64,000 nucleotides of DNA from the human T2T-CHM13v2.0 reference genome, Homo sapiens (GCF_009914755.1 NC_060931.1), one strand, 5' to 3'; positions 41,900 to 59,940 are shown, counted from the stretch's first letter. The notes: generated from the sequence alone by a model not told the origin. Translations and numbers: made by a program.

Positions 41900-42257
41900 C
41901 AAACAGTTGCCACTTTATGAAGGTTTGACCTACAATTTTTCACTTTTTGTACATTGGTACAAAAATGAAATGCATTTAGTAGAAACCATACTCCAAGTAT
42001 CCACCCAACAATTCTCAGTACAGTATTTAATATATTACATGAGATATTCTACACTTTATTATAAAATAGGCTTTGTGTTAGATGATTTTGCCCAACTGTA
42101 GGCTAACGTAAATATTCTGGACATGTTTAAGGGAGACAAGTTTAAACTATGATGTTCTGGAGGTTAGGTGTATTAAATGCATCTTCACCTTATGATATTT
42201 TCAACTTAAGAATGAGTTTATTGGGACGTAGCCCCATCGTAAATTGAGAAGCATCTG
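41900..42257. mobile_element. MER47A (Tigger MITE)
   Basis: aaataggctttgtgttagatgattttgcccaactgtaggctaa ... gcatctg|TA. Confidence 0.88.
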
Positions 42258-42391
42258 TATTGATTTTTAAACAGTTGCAATTTCATGGTATATGTGCAAT
42301 TGCATAGGCTGGTTTCTTAAAAATCTGTTTTTAAAATATCTGCTAACTATATAAAGCAGGAAAAATATCACTTAGAAGTCTACCTCCCAGA

Positions 42392-42760
<369 letters not shown>

Positions 42761-43518
42761 TTAACATCTGGGTGCATTTTCTTATAATTCCTTTTTTTTA
42801 AACACATAGTTGTGTTTATGCTGGATTAAAGTTTTGTTAATATGCACAGATCTTGTAAGAAAGAGTTTCAAGAGGCTCAGTTGCAGATCATATCTGTTAT
42901 TGGTGGTTTAGTAGTCTTTCCCAATTAAACCTCAATGACTCAGGACTCTCAGTATGACTTTTAAAGGTGCAGAAAGCCATCACTTATGTTCCATGGCAGA
43001 AAAAAAAGGACGATTATGTTGCACTATGTCATTCTACTTTTGTGCAGGGAAAATACCTTTTGAAAGTAATTCTCCTGGTTCAGTTTCTTAACAGTGTGAC
43101 CCACATAGCCAATGTTAGCAAGCACTGGAAGAGAACACTATTAATTACAGCTTTAAGTGGCCACTAAACATGCAGAAGATTTCCTCTGAACTGAGAGTTG
43201 AAGGATATGGTGCAACAAGCCCATTTCCTGGCACTGGAAAGCGGAGAGAGAGCTGCAGGAGAGGCGGTGGTGAAGGAAGCAGTGCAGGGCCATGCGTGGC
43301 CCCCGACGTGGGCATTCGGCTGGAGCTCTTGATTCTAGGTCCCAGCCTGAGTACACGAGGATTCCTCTGGCCTGTTAGCTACAACTTCCTCTTCTGGAGG
43401 TCTTACTTGTCATCTATGTCTTGGTCGTCTGCATATATTTTCTAGAAATTTCCTCAAGGTACTGTGATGATTCACTTTCTGAGATGTCACAAACTTGAGA
43501 ATGACTTACTATTGTCTT

Positions 43519-43569
43519 CGTATATGTGTGTGTGTGCATACACACACACACACATACATATGCATGCAT
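43519..43569. repeat. (TG)n-(CA)n alternating pyrimidine-purine tract
   Basis: Direct. Confidence 0.9.
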
Positions 43570-43994
43570 TCTGGTGTCATGACCCTTTCCCTAAAGTCTT
43601 TATTGTCTTCTGAAACTTACTATTATAGATGTCAAGACTGAGCAAAACCTGATTTGCATCCTTTTATAGAACCTTTTGTTCTTCTTATTTTAATTTTTAG
43701 TTTAATAATTTTTCTAGAATATATATATTGTGGATACTTGTTTTGTAAACCCCTCAACTATACTTACTTTCTGTGTGATCCAGTTTGTTTTCCCCCTTTC
43801 TCTTGCAGCCCTTCTACCGTGAAGGTGAGCCGTGAAGTCTATTGCCCAGGGATTGGGGACGTTTGTATTAAAGAAGGTTTTGGAGTACAGAAGCAGGAAG
43901 ATGTGTTGTGGAGATGCTGTTGGCAGAAACAACTGGCCTTGACTAAACAAACCAAGAGTTCCTACAGGAGCAGAGGCAACCGGGTGAAGGCTGA

Positions 43995-44585
43995 CGCCCT
44001 TGCACAGGCTTGGGCAGCTCTTCTCCACATGTCCACGTGGCTCACTTCCTTACCTACTTCAGGGCTCTGCTCACACGTCACCTCCTCAAGAAGGCCTTCC
44101 CCAACTACCCTGTCCTCACTCCCACCCCTTACCCCTGCATTCCCTGTCCCTCTCACTCTGCTGTGGTTTATCCTACCTGACATAGAACAGGTTTATCTCC
44201 CTGTTGTCTAGCAGGCTTTTATCCAGTTCTGCTTTGCCGGACTGTATTAAGTAAGTCTCAGTTCCTGGGCTTTATCACTCAGCATGGGTGGAACACACGA
44301 AAATGGGATTTTCCTGTTCCCACTACAGCACTTTTCTTGTGGATACCACATCTCCCCATGTGCAATATTCTATTCCCATCTCACTCTTACCTTGTGCAGA
44401 GCTATTTTCTCAGAGCATGAGTCTCTGAACGGAAAATCTACTGCTTTGTGCCCTGCCTGAGGATAAGCTTCACCAGAGCAGTCTATATTGTTGTTGCTGT
44501 TGTTGTTGTTTATTGCTGTATTCCTAGCTTCTAGAACAGTGCCTGGCATGGCAATCAGTGGCATGAGTAAATTTATGAGTATATA
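43995..44585 (+). mobile_element. L2 3' fragments (43995-44210 and 44500-44585)
   Basis: ctgctcacacgtcacctcctcaagaaggccttcc; tagaacagtgcctggcat. Confidence 0.75.
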
Positions 44586-45849
44586 TAATGGACAAGTTTG
44601 GGAGAAGATAATTAGTTTGGAAACGGGAGAGTTTAGTGGGAGAGACAGGGCCCTGACTACCTCAAAAAGCAGCAGTACTATAAGAGGACAGAGTTTCTAT
44701 TTTTCTGCCTGGTCTAGGACTTGTACTGGTCTTTCAACTTGAATTCATGCAGCAAGACAGTGGTGGTGAAAAGATAAAGGCATTTCTACCTGGGTAGACA
44801 GTTTCTTTTTCTGGAGACAAGAATTGAGAAGGCCTACCAGATTCTGGCAGTGAGTTGACTGTACTTGTTTTTAGCATTGTGAATTTTTGCCTTCATATGA
44901 ATTTAAGTAGGGAGTTTAGCAATGCTGTTTCAGGGTTTCCATCCAGATTTTCCGTTTCAAATTGGACATCTATTTGCACCTTTAATTCGCGTAACAAATA
45001 CTTCACAGAGAATACAAAGTTGAATTATGGGCAGCTCAATTCATCCCCCCAAAGGCAGACAAGAGATGGCAGGTCCAAGTTATGCCTATATTACACAGTA
45101 GAGATTATTTTAAGTGTTTTGTTATTGCTTCCAAGTTCACACAAATGCTTCTTACTAATTTATATTGGTCACATTCACTATTCTTATTTGGTACTCATTA
45201 GTGACTTTGTACTCTCTTAAAGAAAATAAACCTCCAGATTAACTAAAACATTTAAATATGAATTGTACATAGGCTTTATTCATTTATAAAATGCAAAGAA
45301 ATTAAGATTAAAAGGAAAACCACATCAAAACCCAGAGACATAAATAAAATGCATTTAAATGGCTCTTTGGTAGTTTATTGATGCTGAGATAGTTTTTTTC
45401 TCCCCTTGAAAATATATAAAATTTTCTTTTCATCTTCCCTGAAGCATATCCAAATAAGTTAGTGACTACATAATTAATATCCAGGTATTTTGTGATATTT
45501 GGATAATAGGCTTCAACTTCTTCTAAACTTATTTTATATTTCAGACCACACATTTGCCGTTTGTTGATAATGTTTTTGGTTGCAGCCTGAGATATTTCCA
45601 GGTCTAAAGCCAGGTTCACATTTTGCTTTGAAGAGACAGAAATTCCAAACAAATACAGATAGTCAGGCCATAAACTTAATTAAAATTTCTGCTTTACTGG
45701 ATGTTACATTAAATATGGCCATAATGCCAAGAGAAATACTTGAAAAATCCATTTGCATCCACATACTGCTGCTTCCACATAGAATAAAATAACAGAATGC
45801 TAAGAAGTACATGTTTGTGTGTATGTGTGTGAGAGCACATTTGTATTAA

Positions 45850-46230
<381 letters not shown>

Positions 46231-46709
46231 TAAAAGATGGGTTTTAATTAAAATCTGGGATTGGCCAGCTCCATATCTGTTAACTTTCCCATATAGTGCT
46301 GGAGCACTAATTTAGAGAGCTTTTGAACTACTGTGTGGTTTGTCTGCCTCCTTTTTGTGTAAATCTAGGACATCTTTTTTTTTTCTTTTTCAATTTGCCT
46401 GGAATATTTTCTTATTTAGAATTCTATGGAGATCATAACTCATCTCCAGGAGAGTGAACAAGGTCACTCATAGGAAGGTGGAGCATGTCTTTCTTATACA
46501 ATTGGAAGGGAGGAAGGGACCCAGCCCTGTCATTTACAGGTGAGGACTCTGTGTCCCAGGAGGGCAAGGGAACATGCAGAGTCTGGTGTGGTGAGCACAG
46601 GCCAAGCCCTGTGCAGATGGGGCAGTGAGAGCAGAAAGGACGGCTGGGGCCACATTTGACAGGTCTGGTTGACCCTGCAGTAGGACATCATCCAGAATTT
46701 CCATTAGAT

Positions 46710-47600
46710 GCCTTAGTCCCAATTCTTCAGAAAGAAGGGCTTGAGAGCAAGCCTATGTATGAAGTCTTTATTGGTGAGTATGATCCCAAAGAGGAGTAGG
46801 GTTGTAAACCAGGAAAGACGGGTAAGTCAGCCACTACAGTCAACTGGTTGTTCTGCCCATCAGGACCTTGTGAGGAGCCTAATGAATTGTAGCCTGGGAC
46901 CCTCTGTCATGGGTTGAATTGTGTTTCTCCAGGATTCATATGGTGAATTCCTAACCCTCAGTATCTGAGAATGTGACAGCATTTGGAGATAGGGCCTGTA
47001 AAGAAGTGATTAAGATAAGTGAGCCTGATAGAATGGGCCCTGTTTTAATCTGACTAGTGTCCTTTTAGGAACAGAAAATTTGTACACACACAGAGACATC
47101 AAGGATGCATGTTCACAGAGGAAAGGCCAGGTGAGGCCATAGCAGGAAGGCGGTCATCTGCAAGCCAAGAAGAGAGACCTCAGAAGAAACCAACCTGCTG
47201 ACACCTTGATCTTGGACTCCCAGCCTCCAGAAGTACGATAAAATAAATTTCTGTTGTTTAAGTCACCAGTCTATCGTGCTTTGTTATAGCAACTCTAGCC
47301 AACTCATACGTTCTTTGACAGGGAAAAAGAAAGACTTCAAGTTTTGACTCTTAGAGGGCTCGTTGCCTAGCACTCTGGGTTGCATATGCTTGGGTATGAA
47401 GAAATTTCCCCTGGAGTCTCATGCATTGAGGTCAACAGAGATGTCCCAGGGCAGGAGATGACAGGAGCACAGCTGGGTGGCAGATGTGAGAAGCAGATTG
47501 GAGCCTATGCGGAAGTGGACTGCAGGGGTTGAGAGGTGGGGAGGGGAGACAGGTAAAGCTGGGAGGAGCAAAAGCAGAACTGAAGTGGTGTCTAATACTC
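46710..47600 (-). mobile_element. LTR33-like LTR split by MLT1B
   Basis: tgccttagtcc ... tttattggtgagtatgatccca; resembles the element at 35968. Confidence 0.45.
46905..47310 (+). mobile_element. MLT1B-like LTR
   Basis: tgtcatgggttgaattgtgt ... catctgcaagccaag ... aataaatttctgttgtttaag. Confidence 0.88.
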
Positions 47601-47639
47601 AAGGTAATAATGGTATTGATAATAGGGATACTGATACTG

Positions 47640-47890
47640 GGTGATATTTATTGAGCATATTTTATGTGCCAGACACTGGGCTATGCACTTTACATAAACT
47701 ATTTCCCTTTCTATCTCACTAACTCTCCAGCAAACACTCTAGGATTTAGGTACCACTCTTATCCCTATTTTACAGACAAAGAAACTGAGGCATAAGGAGT
47801 TTCAGGCACTTATCCCAGGGTCATAACAGCTACTAGTCAGTTGCCTCAACTCAAGTGACCTGGCTCCAAATTTTGCATTCTTACTCTGCT
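47640..47890 (-). mobile_element. MIR SINE
   Basis: tttattgagca..tatgtgccagacact ... ttttacagacaaagaaactgaggc. Confidence 0.85.
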
Positions 47891-48029
47891 TTTTCTTGAT
47901 GCTGTCATTAAAAAAGTGTTCTAGAAAGATAAATTTGAACAGTTATTTTAATTCATTTTAATTTCATATACAAGTTATTTTTTAAAGAAAATACAAGGTA
48001 TTCTATGTGCAAGATTATCACAAAAAGAT

Positions 48030-48280
48030 CAATATAATAGAGTGGTTAAGCATTCTGACCATAGAGCCAAGTTCCTAGGTTCAAATCCCAGCTCTACTAT
48101 CTTCCTGCTATGAGAATTTGGGAAAGTTACTCAACTTTTCTGGGCCTCACTTCAAACCTGTGGATGATAAAAACAGCCCCTACCTCATAGAGTTAGTCCC
48201 AGTTTTCCAGAAAGGGAAGGATTAAATTATTTAATATACATAAACTGCTTTTTGTACGTAATGAGTACTAGAGGTTTTTA
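48030..48280 (+). mobile_element. MIR SINE
   Basis: gtggttaagca ... ggttcaaatcccagctctac. Confidence 0.8.
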
Positions 48281-48304
48281 TTAGTATAATCTTTAAAAAT
48301 AATT

Positions 48305-48490
48305 TAGCTGGGCACAGTGGTGCAGACCCGTAGTCCTAGTTACTCAGCAGGCTGAGGCAGGAGGATCTCTTGAGCCTAGGAATTTGAGGTATACAGTGAG
48401 CTATGATCATACCACTGCACTCCAGCCTGGGCAACAGAGCAAGACTTTGTCTCTAAAAAAGTAATAATAATAAAATAATACATAAATAAA
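48305..48490 (+). mobile_element. Alu monomer (FRAM or AluJ right arm)
   Basis: tagctgggcacagtggtg ... gagctatgatcataccactgcactccagc. Confidence 0.88.
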
Positions 48491-49094
48491 TGAGGAAAAA
48501 TTGACCAGATGTGACTTTCAATAACTCTTACTCATATTAAATTCTTGAATTTTACATGTGGATCTCTGAATTTTTGCAACACTTCAGTTGCCATGTAAGC
48601 TAAGGGACACAGTTTTTTTGAAGTACTGGTCACATGTCAGCTGTTAAACATCACGTTACCGGCATCATAAATGAAGTCACCATTTGGCAAATAATTTGTT
48701 GGCAGGAGTGGCTCTCACCAACAGGGAAAACGAAAAAACACAAATAAAATCCCTATTGCAATTATTTAACGCATTTCAGACACATGGCTCAGCAATTTTT
48801 TCAACTGCAAATCTCTTTTCCTTCCATCTTTGAACTCAGATGGCTGAGCTGTGCGGAGGAATTGAACTGTCCGGTAAATCCATTTATTTATTTATTTATT
48901 TATTTATTTTTTCTGTAGCTGTCACTTATCTGCAGGTGACGCTGTTTACCACAGAAAAAGATAAGCACATTAGGGAAACACATGCATGGTCTTTGTCTTA
49001 AAAGGCCATAGTTTGTTAACTGATTGCTTTAAGTTAATGTGGGGAACCCGCATGAATGGTTGCAATAGTTGTCCTTATGTCATTTCCTCCCTTT

Positions 49095-49195
49095 CAAGTG
49101 TAGATAGAGCAAGTTTCCTCATCTGAGAAATGAAGGGGGTTGGACCAGATATCCTCCAAGCTCCCTTTTGGCTGTGACATTCTGTGGCTTCAGAT
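49095..49195 (+). mobile_element. MIR-family fragment
   Basis: agtttcctcatctgagaaatgaagggggttggaccagat. Confidence 0.7.
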
Positions 49196-49369
49196 TCTCT
49201 TCTTCTTGGGCAGGGTTTTTGGTTTTTAGGGCACTGAACCCAAACAGCCCTACCTGCTAATTTCAGTTTGGGCTGCTGTGAAGACAAAAGGCAAGGCCTG
49301 ACGTTTCCGTAAAGCATTATAACATATAAAGTGGCTTCACATATGCATCCTTTATAAAATCCTCCCAGA

Positions 49370-49520
49370 AACTTCCAAGGAATTTTGCAGATGAGGAGAA
49401 TGAGATCCCAGGAGGTCAAGTGACTTGTCCAAGGCCACACAGCTTACAGGAAGCAAGGCCAAGTTTAAAACTCAAGTCCTTTTATCTGTTGGTGCAGTGT
49501 TATTTGCAGCATGCCACAGT
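49370..49520 (-). mobile_element. MIR fragment
   Basis: ttttgcagatgagga ... aagtgacttgtccaaggccacacagc. Confidence 0.8.
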
Positions 49521-49574
49521 CCCTCACAATCCAAGGGATAAACCTGATGAGATTATGTGAACTCTTTCAGTTCC

Positions 49575-49800
49575 TTCAGCCAATCGGCCAGCATTGACTC
49601 TACTAGTTCTGATTGGGTCATGTGTATAACTCTGAACCAATCATTGTGGCAAGGGCAGTGTAAAATTTCTGATTGGCCAGACCTAGTCACAACCTTCCCT
49701 TGAAACGTGGAGAGGTTCCCTGAAACACAAAGCTAAAAATAGGAGATGAAAAAAAAAAAATTAAGGGCCCTCATCAGACAAGACAGAATAAATGATGCAC
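49575..49800 (-). mobile_element. Old MLT1-like LTR fragment
   Basis: ttgggtcatgtg..ctctgaaccaatcattgtggc ... ctgattggccag. Confidence 0.6.
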
Positions 49801-51144
49801 AGAAAAATAAGAAAATTCGCATTGCCCACAGAGAAAGAATTTCCCCTAAGATACACTTCAAAAAGAAGTTGTTTTAAAATGTTTTATTTTCTATTTTGTC
49901 TTAATTGAATTTAATTTTTGCAAAAGCAGTTTTTTTTGAACTGATGTCAAATCGAATACTAACTCAAGGGTGGTTGAGGGAGCACAATGATAAAAGCCCA
50001 ATCATTTCAAGTACAGGGATTTCTGAAATTCACATCCATTTAGTGCATTTGGGTCCCAGCTCAAATGAGATAGGCTCATTCTTCTTTGGGAAATGAAATA
50101 AGGATTTGAACTGCTCTCAATCAGATCAAATCAACAAACATTTCTTGGACACCTTATGTGTAAGGTGCCCAGGATAAAGAGAGGTGGCTGAGCCAGCCAC
50201 GTTTCCAGCTTTGTTAATTTGACAATACCTTCTAGTTTTCTGTTTCTTGCCTTGTGATCCCCAGATTTTATACCTGTGAGAAATTTTACTTGTTGGGCGT
50301 GCATCATTCACATTCCCTTTGGCTTCTAGAAGCTGCTCAAAAGGTTTTTTTTTTTTTTTTAATTGCTTTTGGATTATATTCTGTTGAGCAAAACTTTCCC
50401 CGTGGTTGTTATGGCAACTTTCAAATTGCAAGAGTTAGATGTCAGCCCAGAGGTTTGACAAACAGATGACTTCCAGACAGAGGGGCTGATTTAGGAGTTT
50501 TGGATGGGGACACAGGGCTTTTACTGTACTCTGAATTAGTTTACATAATTTGCAAATTGTTTTGGTTCAAGTAAGCTAACCTCTGAACCAACCATACAGT
50601 GTTCGGTTACATTCCAAGTCCCTACAAGGAACTACTCAATTCATTCATTAATATTCTGTAAGTTTCAACTAGCAGCTAACTAGTTAGCCCATAGATGTGG
50701 GGGCAGTGGACGGTGTCTGCATCTTGCCGTTGTTAGCAAGCTGGGTGCGGTTGTGCTTTTGCTTCACATGTCTCCTAACTCGTCCTCAAGTTTTACTGGC
50801 TTCCAAAAACACGAATCCATCCCATTACTAAACCTCTGTCCAGAAGCCTGACTCTTACACAGTATCTGGGACTACCTGGGACTGTTAGGCTGAATGTGAT
50901 TGCAAATCATAATTTTCTCAGTGAAAGGAACGTGTTCCTGTTAAATTCAGGGTTGTGGCTTCCCCCTCCCAAACCCCCAACAAAGACTCTTAGTCTACCT
51001 TTTCATTGAGAGTCTGTATAGTTATTTTTTGTTTTTATTGTTATTGTTGTTTGTGTTTTCATTAGGACAAAGAGTTATTTGTACTTCCAGTTCTTGAAAC
51101 TAAAGTCTATTCCTTTAAATTGTCATGTAAAGGAAATAAAAAAA

Positions 51145-51340
51145 AAAACTGTTGAGAGGTAATTCACATACCACAAAATTCGCCCATTTTGAATATGTAA
51201 TTCAATAATTCTTAGCAAATTTACAGAGTTCTATAACCATGATCACAATCCAAATTTAGAACATTTCTAACACCCCAAATAGAAACCCAGTGCCATTTTA
51301 ATCACTTTCCAGTCCCACCCCAGCCCCAGGCAACCAATAA
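51145..51340 (-). mobile_element. L1MB-like 3' end
   Basis: aattcacataccacaaaattcgcccattt ... ccccagccccaggcaacca. Confidence 0.8.
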
Positions 51341-51705
51341 AGAAGGATGATTTATCCTTAGTCTACTTGGCTTCACTACTAAATCCTCAAAGTCCCTTTT
51401 GGGATTCATGAATGACCATCATTCCAGGAAAAAAATAAAGGAAACAAAACCTTTATTACTTTTTTCCTGGTTATAAAAGTAAGACATGCTTATTGTGAAA
51501 CAAATTCAAAATTTAAAGAAAAATACTTTTAAAATATGTGATTTGTAGCAGAAAAAAAACCATTGTTATATTTTGGCATGAAATATTTCAGGTTTTTAAA
51601 TCATATTAGAAACAATAAATATTTATAGTGGAAAATTGGGAAAAATACTTAGAAGCACAAATAATTTAAAAAATCACTTAATTTCACTATCCAGAGATAA
51701 TCTCT

Positions 51706-52080
51706 ATGTATTAGTTAGCTTTTTCAGTGTAACAAATGGCCTCAAAGAGCTCAGTGGCATAAAACAATGAGCAATTATTTCTTGCTTATAGTTCTATGGG
51801 TAGGCTTGGGCAGCTCTGTTTCATGCTACAGGCCAATTTTAGGTTTGTTTCACAGATGTCACTTTATTTCTTAAACTCAGTAATTACTTGGAACATGTCT
51901 ATTCAGAGGATTAGTGGAAATGTGATATTTCTTAAGGCCTGCCATCAGACCTGCCATACTCCATGGCCCAAAACAAGGCACATGGAGAAGTCCAACTTGA
52001 ATGGGCGGGGAAGCATACTCCTCTCATGGTGATACTGGGGGAAGGGAGCCAGTATTTGCTAAACAGTATATCAGTACCCT
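51706..52080 (-). mobile_element. MLT1-like LTR
   Basis: tgtattagttagc ... cagtggcataaaacaa ... ggccaaaacaaggcacatgg-like motif. Confidence 0.6.
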
Positions 52081-52167
52081 GTAAAGATTTTGATGTCTAG
52101 TCTTTTCTTTTTTCCCCATATAATATTTGTATAAAAACTTTTTTCTGTTATGAAAATGGGTTCTTTC

Positions 52168-52967
52168 TAATAAGCACATGAAAAGATGCTCAACATCACT
52201 AATATTAGGGAAGTACAAATCAAAACCACAATGAAATACCACTTCACACCCATTAGGATGGCTATTCTCAAAAAAACAGAAAACAACAAGTGTTGGTGAG
52301 GATGTGGAGAGACTGGAACTCTTGTGCACTATTGATGAGAATGAAAAAGGGTGCAGTTGCTACAGAAAACAGTATGGCAGTTCCTCACAAAATTAAAACT
52401 AGAATTACCATGTGATCCGGCGATTCCACTTCTGTGTGTACACCTAGAAGAACTGAAAGCAAAGACTTGAACAGATGTTTGTACATTAATGTTCATAACA
52501 ACATTATTCACAATAGCCAAAAGGTAGAAGCAACCCAAGTGTTCACTGACAGACAAATGGATAAACAAAATATGGTATATCCAAACAAGGAAATATTTTT
52601 CAGCCTTAAAAAAGAAGGAAATTCTGATGCATGTTACAACATGGATGAACCTTGAGGACGTCATGCAAAATGAAATAAGCCAGTCACAAAAGGACAAATA
52701 TGAGTTCCCTTATATATAAAGTACCTAGAATAGTTAAATTCATAGACACAGAAAGTAGAACTGTGGTTCCTAGGGGTTGAGGGGAGGGAGAAATGGGAAG
52801 TTATTGTTTAGTGGATACGAAGTTTCAGTTTTACAAGATGAGATAAATTCTGGAGATGGGTAGTGGTAAAAGGGGCATAACAATGTGAATGTACCTAGTG
52901 CCATTGAACTGTACACATAGAAGTGGTTAAAGTGGTACATTTTATGTTAATTTTATCATGATAAAAA
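52168..52967 (+). mobile_element. L1MB-like ORF2 end plus 3'UTR
   Basis: aagcacatgaaaagatgctcaacatcac ... atggatgaaccttgagg ... ttgaactgtacac. Confidence 0.92.
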
Positions 52968-52974
52968 TGGTTTC

Positions 52975-54360
<1,386 letters not shown>

Positions 54361-55241
54361 ACCTTAATAGCATCCATTTCCAGTGCCCTGAAAAGTTAGA
54401 TTTGTGCCTACTGCCAATGATGGAGGGACACTGCTTCAGCATGCAAGGAGGAGGTGAGGGGTAGAAGTACTTAGAAGACAAGACAAATTAACTCGCCAAA
54501 TCATTCTCAGCATGAATGCAAAAAAAATCTTGCATAATGAAGGATTGCCTCCAGTACCACCAAGCATCCATTTTCTTGCTTTTCTTAACCTTGGAAATTG
54601 AGGTTCCAGAAATCCTCATAACTTTGTGTGGTGTTTGTAACAGTTGCATGTTTTAGTATCAAACAATTCATATATATGTGTGAAGTGTGATATCTAATAT
54701 TTATGTGGGCAATGGATGACTATTAAACACTTGAATTGCAAAAAAACCACTTATTTCTATAAAAGTATGTAATAAGCTTTTACTAAGTTTTCAAAAAAAA
54801 AATGAAATATGCTTTCAGCTTTATTAAATACTTTTCATTTAACCCTATATAAAACTTTGATTTTTGTTAATAATAAATTGCATTTGCCTTTTAATAGATT
54901 ATTTTTAATATTTAGAATAAAATATTTTTGGAAAGCATATATAAAAGTAAATTTAAATTTTTTATGTTTATATTTATTTAACTTATTTTTTTGATAAAAT
55001 ATTCAAATTTTGGATATTTTAATACCATTACATTTTATATTTTTAATCTTTTAGATTATTACTTTCTACAGACTGCAATTCATGTGAAATTATTAATTAT
55101 AACAACCTAGTTAGAGATTAAAGTGAGGGCAACATATATTAATTTTGTCCAAATAAATATATAACTTACAAAACTATGTGTGTCTATTTTATTACAATAT
55201 CACAGCATAGCAATACAACATTCACATGTGTACAATAATAA

Positions 55242-55540
55242 GGCCAAACACAATGGCTCACACCTGTAATCTAGCACTCTGGCAGGCCAAGGCAGGCGAA
55301 TTGCTTGAGCTCAGGAGTTTGAGACCAGCCTGGGCAACATGGTGAAACCCTGTCTCTACAAAAAATACAGAAATTAGCCAGGCATGGTGGCACATGCCTA
55401 TAGTCCCAGGAGGCTGAGACTGGAGGATCCCTTGAGCCCGGGAAGTTAAGGCTGCAGTAAGCCATAATCATGTTACTGCCACTCCAGCTTAGGTGACAGA
55501 ACAAGATGCTATCTCAAAAAATAAATAAATAAAAATAAAA
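55242..55540 (+). mobile_element. AluJ-like
   Basis: Full-length; small deletion gtcccag|gaggctg. Confidence 0.93.
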
Positions 55541-56302
55541 TTAATCATAAAATTCAGTTGTCTTTGATATTTTTCCAGCTTTCAGTTATCTAAAAATCCT
55601 GGTTTGAAAACCATAGCTTTACATGTATCTTACATGCATTTAATACACATTATAAAGGTATATTTGTCAAGATATGAGAATGAAATGTACTTTACGAAGG
55701 TTGGTAGTTCAATTCACAAGTTTTAAATGTCTCGACAATAGCATTGGGCTTCTGTGTGTTCTTGAGCTCCAGGCCCTGTAAGTGTGAGGTGAGCTGGCAC
55801 ACACACACTCAGGTTTTCCCACTGAATCCATCCTCAGGTTTGATTACTTGGTTAAGGCTGGTGACCGCTGAATCTCTCCATTGGGAATGTACAGTTTGTC
55901 TTTGTACGTGGTCAGTAATTGATGGGGTGAGATTTTGCACCGTGTTTTAGCATCCATTGGCTATCTTTGCCAAACCAGTTATTACCTTGGGGACTAGAAA
56001 AGGATGATTTTTTTTTCTAATTCCAGTATTGCTTCTACATGTACTAGATGACATTGTTCTGTAACAAACAAAAAGCTAGCCTTGCCTTTGTACTTTCCCT
56101 GCCCTAGGCTTGGAATCACCTGGATCCTCAAGGAGCCTCTCAATGCAATTTAATCTGAAAATTAACGGTCCTGGTTTGAGTGATGTTGAACATTATTTTA
56201 TTTGTTTAAGGGCCATTTGCTTTTCTTTTCTGGAACAGTTTGTTGATATCCTTTGCCCATTTTCATTACCCTTTAGTTTTTAAAAAGTTTGAAACATACT
56301 AT

Positions 56303-56695
56303 CGTGGCAGCCACAAAAATGCACTTTTCAAATCTCCCACTGTGGGTAATGTGACTGACATCGCAGCTACTGCCTTCTGAAAGCACCTCTGAATTCATAC
56401 CAAGACCATGATTTCCAAGGCTGGTCCTAACTGGTGGCTGGGTATGACAAGAACACTGTCCCTGCAAAATGGGGACTCCTTGATGGGTGATTTTGACTCC
56501 TTATGGATCTGGTTGAAACTTTCTTAGAACTGTGCTGCAGTCCAAGGCTCTGACTATCTAATCCTGCTTCCTTCTCCTTCTCCTTCAGAGGTAGCAGACC
56601 TGCACCGTGGTCCCTTCCAGGCATTTCCCTAATAAGTCTCTTGCATGTTTAACCCCATTTTGGCATCTGTTTCTTAAAGGACCTGAGCAAACACA
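56303..56695 (+). mobile_element. LTR16-like ERVL LTR
   Basis: gtggcagcca ... ctttcttagaactgtgctgcagtccaaggctct ... ccctaataagtctcttgca ... ggacctgagcaaacaca. Confidence 0.7.
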
Positions 56696-56699
56696 ACTC

Positions 56700-59940
<3,241 letters not shown>

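Noticed and set aside
43654-44211. 185-aa ORF, the longest in the track
   Set aside because: TTG start, runs into an L2 remnant, no recognisable domain
48874-48918. 45-nt GT-AG mini-intron
   Set aside because: Below the usual human minimum intron size and mostly (TTTA)n
56419-56450. ggctggtcc resembling a Y RNA 5' end
   Set aside because: Only 9 nt match and it lies inside an LTR16-like element
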